A stretch of DNA of 55,053 nt from an uncultured bacterium (GTDB lineage: Bacteria; Patescibacteriota; Minisyncoccia; Phycocordibacterales; PALSA-1337): NCBI GenBank assembly GCA_903846945.1, contig CAINCE010000042.1, positions 1 through 55,053 of the forward strand, in the 5' to 3' direction. The position numbers and the translations under genes were made by a program. This document shows positions 47,269 through 55,053 of this stretch, one piece after another. Position 1 is the stretch's first letter; every line of letters starts with the position of its first letter. The notes under the pieces are model-generated. The model was not told the DNA's origin. It saw only the letters and a list, made by a program, of their open reading frames with translations, and searched no databases.

Positions 47269-48516
47269 TCAAAATTTCCCAACTTTTTTGACTTTTTTTC
47301 CTTTGATCAATACCATTTGGTTGTCTGTAATCGGCATAACTGGACATTTGGCTTTCTCCTCAAACTCATCAACTTCACCTTTGAGAATAGTTTTGAAATG
47401 AGGAAAAACGGCAACATCTGTCAAACCAAGTCCTGAAAGATTCATTAATCCAACAACATTTACATCACCCTCTGTACCCCACCCTGCAATCTCTATGCTA
47501 TTGCCAGCAATAATGCTTCCTGCGGATACTCCGATGTACATCGTTCCACTATTTACTGAATCAATAATATACTTGTCTATGTTAGTTTCCCTTATTTTTT
47601 GCAAGATAGCATAAGTATTTCCGCCACAGACATATATTATGTCAGCATACTCCGGTTTGAATGGCTTATGTAAGTTGAGCATACTGATCTCTTTGAAACC
47701 GATAGACTCCAATTGTTTTCTTGAAGCCATGACATAAGACTCTTCTTCCTTTGTTTTGGTATAGCTCACCATCAAAACCTTACACCATTCAACTTGCTTT
47801 GGAGTCTCTTTCAGCAATACTTCTACCGTTTCAGGGTTGATAAAGCCACCAGAAGTTAGGAGCAACTTCTTTATAGTGAACTTGCGAAGCTCGCTCTCAA
47901 CTAGAGTCCTTTGAACATCCGTCTTCTGAATCAATGATAACAATGGTTTGGTCGAATTCCTCTCATCTTCCGAATCTGGAATGGAAAATCCGACATATTC
48001 GACTTTCTTCTTGGTTCGATACCGCACCCAATCAATAGCAGGTATAAGGTCAGCGTCAGAGCTGACTACGATGGCCGTGTCATAGCGATCATCTATCGCT
48101 GCTGTTATAAGGTCGGTTGCCATCTTAACATCTATTCCTTTCTCACGAAGTCTTTCAAATGTAATCTTCTTGATGCCTGCTTTCAATAACTTCTTGTGAT
48201 CCTTGACTCTACCATCAATAATCAACTCTTCTTCACGAACTTTCAGAGTACTAGTCTTTATTTCCCAATTATCTGATTTTAATCTCGAAAATAGTGCCGT
48301 TTGACGCGACATAGCAAAAACGCTTTTAGGATTTCCTTCTCGTTCCCTAACTGAACCAACATACAGACGCTTTCCCATATTTGAAATAGCCCTATCACCT
48401 GCTAAGAAACTCGCAAATGCATCGTAATCAAATTGCACATCCCTAAGACCGAGCTTTTTGAGAGCCAAGTGATAGAAGTTGCTACCATCTATAAATATCT
48501 GCACTCTTTCTGACAT
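47269..48516 (-). CDS. NYN (PIN-like) ribonuclease fused to a peptidase S51/PepE-like domain
   Basis: IFIDGSN, EKGIDV, SSDADL; then YVCGGNT, GVSAGS, FPHF. Confidence 0.85.
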   Translation of the reverse strand: MSERVQIFIDGSNFYHLALKKLGLRDVQFDYDAFASFLAGDRAISNMGKRLYVGSVREREGNPKSVFAMSRQTALFSRLKSDNWEIKTSTLKVREEELIIDGRVKDHKKLLKAGIKKITFERLREKGIDVKMATDLITAAIDDRYDTAIVVSSDADLIPAIDWVRYRTKKKVEYVGFSIPDSEDERNSTKPLLSLIQKTDVQRTLVESELRKFTIKKLLLTSGGFINPETVEVLLKETPKQVEWCKVLMVSYTKTKEEESYVMASRKQLESIGFKEISMLNLHKPFKPEYADIIYVCGGNTYAILQKIRETNIDKYIIDSVNSGTMYIGVSAGSIIAGNSIEIAGWGTEGDVNVVGLMNLSGLGLTDVAVFPHFKTILKGEVDEFEEKAKCPVMPITDNQMVLIKGKKVKKVGKF

Positions 48517-48613
48517 AGACCCGATTATACACCCAAACGAATAGCCCGCACAGTGCCATACGGCACGCGCGGGCGACTTCCATATCTAAAGTATACTCAC
48601 ATTTATCCTGCCG

Positions 48614-49054
48614 TCAAGGACGCCTATTCCTAGGCTTTTTCCTCTTGTAATAATTCTTCGATTCCCTAGTGATAGCCAGGATACTGACCATGGCAATGTA
48701 TGATGCACTAACTTCTGACGGTAGATGATAAGTGATGCCGTATATCTCTGGTCCTATGATGAGAAATAACACCAGTACGGTCCAAATGATCGCATAAAGT
48801 TCGCCAGGATGAATAGACTTGTGCATATGATGCCAACGACGGAATTCTTTCTCTGCACTATATATCGCCAATGTGGCAGCATAGATCCCTGCGACACCGA
48901 GGAGAATCTCACCCTTGGATAAGACATTGTCATTATAGAAATCAAATATGATCGCTGCAAAAAATACCATGGTCCAGAAATTGACTATCAACCTCCACGC
49001 ATTGAACGAGCCAACTTTCTGCAGACGGTCGATCAAAGATATCTTATCGGACAT
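48614..49054 (-). CDS. Four-TM hypothetical membrane protein
   Basis: 146 aa, four hydrophobic segments. Confidence 0.75.
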   Translation of the reverse strand: MSDKISLIDRLQKVGSFNAWRLIVNFWTMVFFAAIIFDFYNDNVLSKGEILLGVAGIYAATLAIYSAEKEFRRWHHMHKSIHPGELYAIIWTVLVLFLIIGPEIYGITYHLPSEVSASYIAMVSILAITRESKNYYKRKKPRNRRP

Positions 49055-49326
49055 ATCATCATTGTAACACAAGTGTTACCTCCCCTGTATCAATCTCAAC
49101 ATGTAGGCAACTGTTCCCCTGCCCATTTTTACGAATAATTTGAACATCGTCGTGATAATTAGATTAAACGGATTGAATGGATTGAAATATAAATACTTGT
49201 CCTCACGAATCCGCCAACTGACGAAGGTGATCAAATTCGGGTCGATCTAACGATGAGGTAATTGTAGCATAAAAAAATATTTACAGAGCAATGAATATAG
49301 AAACTAAAAAAGCGCTATCTCTAAGC

Positions 49327-52300
49327 CTATTTCATATGCTTCGCTCGGAGATATGTAATGACTGCAGCAGCACTCCTGGATTCTATAGGATCCAAAACAC
49401 GACCTGAAACATCAAACACTTTTTCCAAAACATCTAATGCCTCATCTTTGCCATGAACATTCCTATCTTTCTCAAATCGTCCCGTAAACTCTATCATCAA
49501 ATTAAATAGGTCTTCACCACGACGCTCGCGGACATCATGTGTTATGGTTTTTTCCTTATATATCTCCTCTTCCAAAAACTTCCTAAACTCGACCTCATCT
49601 TCGATATTGCCTCGTGTCATTTCAAGAATATCAAAACCTGCATATCTAGATGCGTTCAATACCCTACTCATCACATCGACATGTGACTGTTTTACACCGT
49701 AGAGAATATGATTGAGGGTATTTTCAAGTTTACCATTCTCGAGTTGTCTTATCGTATGGACATCCATCGTTTTCAAGACTCTCTCGAGTCCTGCCAGCTC
49801 CTTTTCCGCATCAACTGTCAATGCAACCATTATTTCTGCTGCTTTGTGTTCTTGCTCAACTATTTTTGGCGTGATAGACGAGGGTGTACCGTCAACGATG
49901 ATGAGATCTGGTTTACCGTCCTTGTTCTGTGGATTGGGCCAGAGGACATATGATGTTGCGTGGGCACGATCAGTCTTCACCACAGTACTGTCGGCTTCGG
50001 ACACATAACCACTGGCTATGCCCGAGACAAATCCTGCCTTACGGAGCATAGCTGTCGTAAGTGTCGCGAAGTCAGTACAAATACCTGCATATTTCTTACT
50101 AGCCAGATTGGAATCTGTCGCTCTGAGTTCATCCATGCGACCCTCCATGATAGCTAAACGCTCATCAAAGCTATCTGTATCTCTCGGCTGATCATCGAGA
50201 TTGTAATAGCCGTATTCATAGCAAAATTCTTGAATCGCTATAACTTTTTCTCGTGGTGTCTTATCTGCCAAACTGGCAATAAATATGTCTATTTCATCTC
50301 CAACATCTCCTATCTCTTTAGTCATCACATCACCGAAACTTCTTTCAAAATCCGTCCTGAACCTATCATAGTCTCGTTCTGATATTTCCGCCATCGTTTT
50401 CGGAGCTTCACTATAACTGGTCGAGTATGCTATGTGTTTAGCTTCCGTTCCTTTATCGACTCTGACCTCACCGAGATTATTCTTCTCAATTATCGAGATC
50501 GGCATCTCCTGTCCCTTCGAATCAATTCCCTTCAATCGCTCTGTGACGATTCTCCCATTAGCGACTCTCGGAAGATTTACTTTCTGGCTAGCATTTTCGT
50601 CAACGAATTCAAATGTCGCCTCCTTTGCAGGATCGGTGACTTCCTGCGATATGGGCACATTGACCTTCGCCCAACCTTTTCCAGTATAGTTGCCAAACAA
50701 TCCTTGCGTTATGAATGTAGATGGTGGTAACGGTTCACGAAGCTTCAATACCTCACGGTTGGCGCGCACCATCTCGTAATAACCCGCTTCATCAACGGAT
50801 GCCAAATGGTCCATTCCAGGGTCATAGTCAACATATCCACCTCTTCCTCCCTCTTGCCCCGAGCCTGTCGAGGAACCACCGCCAAATATATTCGCCGAAC
50901 TTCTCTTCTTTCCTCTTTCTCCTTCGATCGCTCTCTCTCTATTGGCTTGTGCTTCAGGAAACATATAATAGAACATCTGTGTCATCAGATACTCCGTCGG
51001 CTTGTCGTCTTTTGCTCGCAATGTGTCCAAGAATAGTTCAGGCGCTTCTTTGATAGTCTGATTCACTGCACCAACAAATCGGCCGGATTGCGCAAGCATC
51101 TTTTTGATGCCCGCCTTGACTGTTTTGCGCCACTCTTCCTTGGTTCTAAGTGGATAATACTTCTCAAAGTAAACTTGTGTCGTCGACAGATCCTCCTTGG
51201 CAACAGCATTAGCAAGGTCAAGGTCTCTTTGTTCCTGTTCGTTCAACTTAAATTCACCCGCCTCTGAATATTGCCAAACGCGCTTTTTGTCGGGCAATGA
51301 TTCGATAATGAAAAGTTTGCCACCGGAGTTTACTACTTCAACAGTGCCATCAAAGGTTAGTTCGTTAAACTTGGTTTCGCCGTATTTGAGAGATAGGATA
51401 CGCTTACTATCAGTTATAAATACTTGATCTTGAAAGCCAACAGCTTTACTTTTTTGATAATCATCCAATATGATTGGAAATTTATTTCCTCCCCAAGACA
51501 ACATTATTTGCCCGCCGCGTGTTTTGGTCAAATAAAACATATGACCATTTATCTCTAAAAAATTAGAGTAGGGATTATTATTTTGGCCACGGAAAGTATC
51601 CTCTTTATCAAACATTGCCCACCAATTTCCATCAGTGTGTTCTAAAAGAAGAAAAACTTCATCGCCTGTTGACAGTATTCCGCTACACTTATAGAAATGT
51701 GGATTTGAAAGCTTCTTTTCTTCTCCATCCACATAAACAAAATGCTCATCACCTTTTTTGGCATAAAAAATCAACTTATCCGTTGAATTTTCACAGAGTT
51801 TAATATCTTCATACGGACCAAAACGCTCATTACCAAAATTGACAAATTTGTCCAGCCCAGCAACCACCGACCCACTGTCCACTATTATATATACCAGCTT
51901 CCCACTTATCACATGGAGACCATCCGGCAATCTTTGATCTCTTAAAAACTCTCGATATATCCTGTCATCCTTGACTAACATTAGATGTCCGCGCGCTTCA
52001 TACCCCAACCAGTAGATATTGCCCCCCAGTTCCACGCAGTTATCATCATGACTACCCAATATCACCGTGTGCTCCTCACACTTCAGTGGTATACCATCAA
52101 CTACGAGTTGAGGAAGATCTTCACCAGATCGCACTTCAATTACCTTATGATTCCCAACCTGTCGGAGACTACTTGCTCCCGTATACGAATCAATAGTATT
52201 ACCACTATTATCTAACAATACACTCCCCTTGCCTCCATATAGTCCCCTATACAATTTATTTACTTCTCCATTCAATATTTTTAACTCTCTGATTTCATAA

Positions 52301-53490
52301 TCCTGACCTCGATATTTCATCTCATCAGGTACAACTTCCACCTCTTTGAATTTCTCTTTGCCACTTTCCGCCTTCGATCCCTTCTTCGCTGAAGCTTCGG
52401 AGGCCGAGAAAGCTTCGAATGGCACGCCATCTTTACCTGCTTCTTTTTCTATTTTTATTACAACATACTCCCCCTTCTCCTCATCAAACCTTATCTCAAA
52501 CTCATCTTCTCTAAAGCCACGGGCGATGAGAGACTGCTCGATACCTGAAATGGATTTGGTGTACGGCTTGCCTTCAAATATGCCCTCCTGCTTCCTACCT
52601 TCAAGCAAACCCTTTATAGCTTCTCTCTTCCTCTGATCAAAAAGTTCGCGCGATGGAGCGTAGCGGGCGCGACGAAGTTCTGATCTGTCCTCATCGTTTA
52701 ATTCAATACTCTCCATCATGATGATGGCATCAAAGTCTCCCTTACTTATAAGATTACTGCGCAGTGACCACTTTACTCTATCAACGCCTTCTTCGTAAGC
52801 GTACCGTTTGACCCCTGAAAAACGTTCCCGCTCAAGTTCTTCTTCCGTTTCAACCCCAAGGAACTTTCTAATCGGTCCAGTATAATAGCTTTCTTCGAGC
52901 ACCGCTTCGGCACTCAAGAGATGATCTTCGGCCGTCACTTCTACCTGTGAGCGCGTATCAGCAGGGACTTCAGGACTCTTCAAACGACGGTTGCGGATGA
53001 AGTGAGCGTAATGGGAATCAATTTTATCCAAATCAAAAGTCTTCTCGCGTTCTTCCTGTTCAACAGCCAAACCGACTGCACGCCTGCTCAAAAAGAATTG
53101 TAAAGATGAAGCTAGGTTGACATTAGATGAATCTGGATCATCTTTTCTCCTTGGTGTATTTGAAAGATAACCTACATTTCTTCCTACAAAATCAGAAAAT
53201 TTTTTTGCAAAATCAGCGTGTTTCTGAATGAAATCTTCTTGTCCCAATGACTCTGTAATCGAAAGAGTTGGAACGCCCAACCTTCGAGCAATCTCAAATC
53301 CATCCTTAATTGAATGTTCAAATATACGGGATACAACTAAAAACTTTTCTCTGGTGGATAATTTTAATGTGTTTTCCTCAATCTCCTTGAACAACCTCCC
53401 CTTCTCTGCCTGAAGTTCGGCAAAATCCAGTGGTTTTTCAGCTGGTGACGCACCCGTTTCGATAAGTTCTCTTGACCTGTGTGATGGCAT
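49327..53490 (-). CDS. Large multidomain protein with C-terminal transglutaminase-like domain
   Basis: GICTDFA...MLRKAG...HATS...VDGTP gives a Cys-His-Asp triad; central region is beta-rich. Confidence 0.75.
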   Translation of the reverse strand: MPSHRSRELIETGASPAEKPLDFAELQAEKGRLFKEIEENTLKLSTREKFLVVSRIFEHSIKDGFEIARRLGVPTLSITESLGQEDFIQKHADFAKKFSDFVGRNVGYLSNTPRRKDDPDSSNVNLASSLQFFLSRRAVGLAVEQEEREKTFDLDKIDSHYAHFIRNRRLKSPEVPADTRSQVEVTAEDHLLSAEAVLEESYYTGPIRKFLGVETEEELERERFSGVKRYAYEEGVDRVKWSLRSNLISKGDFDAIIMMESIELNDEDRSELRRARYAPSRELFDQRKREAIKGLLEGRKQEGIFEGKPYTKSISGIEQSLIARGFREDEFEIRFDEEKGEYVVIKIEKEAGKDGVPFEAFSASEASAKKGSKAESGKEKFKEVEVVPDEMKYRGQDYEIRELKILNGEVNKLYRGLYGGKGSVLLDNSGNTIDSYTGASSLRQVGNHKVIEVRSGEDLPQLVVDGIPLKCEEHTVILGSHDDNCVELGGNIYWLGYEARGHLMLVKDDRIYREFLRDQRLPDGLHVISGKLVYIIVDSGSVVAGLDKFVNFGNERFGPYEDIKLCENSTDKLIFYAKKGDEHFVYVDGEEKKLSNPHFYKCSGILSTGDEVFLLLEHTDGNWWAMFDKEDTFRGQNNNPYSNFLEINGHMFYLTKTRGGQIMLSWGGNKFPIILDDYQKSKAVGFQDQVFITDSKRILSLKYGETKFNELTFDGTVEVVNSGGKLFIIESLPDKKRVWQYSEAGEFKLNEQEQRDLDLANAVAKEDLSTTQVYFEKYYPLRTKEEWRKTVKAGIKKMLAQSGRFVGAVNQTIKEAPELFLDTLRAKDDKPTEYLMTQMFYYMFPEAQANRERAIEGERGKKRSSANIFGGGSSTGSGQEGGRGGYVDYDPGMDHLASVDEAGYYEMVRANREVLKLREPLPPSTFITQGLFGNYTGKGWAKVNVPISQEVTDPAKEATFEFVDENASQKVNLPRVANGRIVTERLKGIDSKGQEMPISIIEKNNLGEVRVDKGTEAKHIAYSTSYSEAPKTMAEISERDYDRFRTDFERSFGDVMTKEIGDVGDEIDIFIASLADKTPREKVIAIQEFCYEYGYYNLDDQPRDTDSFDERLAIMEGRMDELRATDSNLASKKYAGICTDFATLTTAMLRKAGFVSGIASGYVSEADSTVVKTDRAHATSYVLWPNPQNKDGKPDLIIVDGTPSSITPKIVEQEHKAAEIMVALTVDAEKELAGLERVLKTMDVHTIRQLENGKLENTLNHILYGVKQSHVDVMSRVLNASRYAGFDILEMTRGNIEDEVEFRKFLEEEIYKEKTITHDVRERRGEDLFNLMIEFTGRFEKDRNVHGKDEALDVLEKVFDVSGRVLDPIESRSAAAVITYLRAKHMK

Positions 53491-53516
53491 GGTTATCTAT
53501 ATTATATGTCACTTCT

Positions 53517-53645
53517 TCATCTTCCTTTTCCTCTTGTAGAAATTCTTTGATAGAAAGTGACAGTCCAAAAATTAACTATCCATCTCCACACATTGAACGA
53601 CCCAGCTTTCTGTAAACGATCGACCAGAGATACTTTGTTAACCAT
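53517..53645 (-). pseudogene. Truncated paralog of the 48614-49054 membrane protein gene
   Basis: MVNKVSLVDRLQKAGSFNVWRWIVNFWT vs MSDKISLIDRLQKVGSFNAWRLIVNFWT, 21/28 identical. Confidence 0.8.
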
Positions 53646-53677
53646 ATCTCAATTCTACCAGCAAGTCGGGATTTACG

Positions 53678-55049
53678 CATTCACCGAGCTAAAATGACAC
53701 CGAAGGCCTACTGGTTCTCTGAAATAAATAGACACCGAAAACCGTGGTACGGTGATGAGATTACTAGCCATAATCTACACCACCAACATGGATACGGAAT
53801 CTACCAAACAATATATGAAAACATTACAGGAGGAATACCTCCAAGCTGACAGAAAGAAGAAAGGCGAGATACTAGATGAATTTTGCAAGAATACCAAACA
53901 AGAACGCAAGTATGCAATCAAGAAGTTTAGAAACATAGTGAAGTTGAAGAAAGAGGGAGAAAAACGCAAACCAAGGAAACAATACTACAATGGATTGGTA
54001 AAAGCAGCTTTAGCTAAGATGTGGAAGATATTTGACTACCCTTGTGGACAGAGATTGGCACCCCTCCTCGAAACAGAGACCGATCGTATGAGGAAACTTG
54101 GTGAACTAGTTTGCTCCGATGAAACAGCAGAGAAATTGAAGACTATCGTCCCATCGACTATTGATGAGAAACTGAAGCATGAAAAGGAAGTCGAGATGCA
54201 GAAGCACAAATACAAGAAGAAGTGTGACTCGCTTCTTTGCTCTAAGGTTCCTACTAAAACCAGTGCTGAATTAGATCGAGAAAACCCAGGAGTCGCACAG
54301 ATCGATTTCGTCGAACATTGCGGAGCATCAGCTGCTGGAGAATATGTGAATTCGCTCTCAACCGTCGACATATTCTCTGGTTGGTGGGAAGGAGATGGAG
54401 TAATGGGAAAAGGTCAGGAAAGAGCACTGAAAGCCATAGATGAGGCTAGAAAGCGGTCACCAATACCTTGGAGGGAGATGCATCCAGACAATGGTGGTAA
54501 CATCATGAATTACCATGTGTATGAGTATGCAATGACAAATGGTATCGACTACTCTCGTTCTAGACCTTACAAGAAGAATGATAACTGCTTTGTGGAGCAG
54601 AAGAACTCGACACACGTGAGACAAATAGTGGGACACCTTAGACACGATACCGAGGAAGAAAGAAGGATCATTTCTGATCTGTATCGAAACGAACTACGAC
54701 TTTACAAGAACTTCTTTCAACCAGTACTGAAGCTCGTAGAGAAAGTTAGAATCAAAGGTAAGATCAAGAAGAAGTATGACAAGGCAAAAACACCATATCT
54801 CCGACTCATGGAGTCAGACAAGATTAGCAAGGAGACAAAGATTGAATTGAAGAAAACCTATGACTCGCTGAACCCAGCGGAACTGAAAAGGAAGATTGAC
54901 ACGAAACTAAAGTTACTCCACAAAGAATATCAGAAAAGCAAAAACTCAAAAAAATCCGAGAAAAGTTACAAGAAACTAACACCAACCATAGTGTCTACTT
55001 TAATCGGTCAACCAGTGTAGCTTCGGTGTCATTATTAAATCGGTTGACA
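53678..55049 (+). mobile_element. Insertion sequence (DDE integrase-core; IS481-like/unclassified), boundaries approximate
   Basis: ~55 bp imperfect terminal IRs with core AATGACACCGAAG (53693-53705) / CTTCGGTGTCATT (55021-55033); right end ...TGACA. Confidence 0.75.
53788..55020 (+). CDS. Transposase, integrase catalytic (DDE) domain
   Basis: QIDFVEHCG, HPDNGG, SRPYKKNDNCFVEQKN. Confidence 0.9.
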   Translation: MDTESTKQYMKTLQEEYLQADRKKKGEILDEFCKNTKQERKYAIKKFRNIVKLKKEGEKRKPRKQYYNGLVKAALAKMWKIFDYPCGQRLAPLLETETDRMRKLGELVCSDETAEKLKTIVPSTIDEKLKHEKEVEMQKHKYKKKCDSLLCSKVPTKTSAELDRENPGVAQIDFVEHCGASAAGEYVNSLSTVDIFSGWWEGDGVMGKGQERALKAIDEARKRSPIPWREMHPDNGGNIMNYHVYEYAMTNGIDYSRSRPYKKNDNCFVEQKNSTHVRQIVGHLRHDTEEERRIISDLYRNELRLYKNFFQPVLKLVEKVRIKGKIKKKYDKAKTPYLRLMESDKISKETKIELKKTYDSLNPAELKRKIDTKLKLLHKEYQKSKNSKKSEKSYKKLTPTIVSTLIGQPV

Positions 55050-55053
55050 CGGA

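Overview
This is a 55 kb chromosomal segment of a small-genome bacterium. Gene content and protein style point to Patescibacteria/CPR (Parcubacteria-like); that assignment is an inference. Housekeeping genes: mnmA, mltG, sod, typA, truB-like, hisS, a UvrD-nuclease fusion, dnaG-rpoD, rpoB/rpoC, trmD-khpA-rpsP, radC, pyk, tRNA-Ile(GAU), tRNA-Leu(CAG) and an isolated rpsS-rplE ribosomal block. It also carries competence genes (pilin, comEC), a TA pair wedged between rpoB and rpoC, a NYN-peptidase fusion, a giant transglutaminase-like protein and a DDE IS at the right end. The most striking signal is at 24724-24875, directly after a rhuM-family gene: an array of five different 23-27 bp palindromes. 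Each looks like an alternative version of a palindromic coding segment inside that gene (25183-25207), suggesting a cassette, decoy or memory array. Other highlights: (1) the same 22-bp-period TGATAAAA array upstream of both pilin and comEC; (2) 7-mer/9-mer inverted tandem repeats in every ribosomal-operon spacer and in-frame inside TypA, RpoC, UvrD and L22; (3) 117-183 bp structured palindromic elements, in-frame in MnmA and DnaG and duplicating a tRNA 3' end; (4) widespread leaderless-type promoters; (5) a small pseudoknot RNA candidate. All calls were made by eye; no searches were run.
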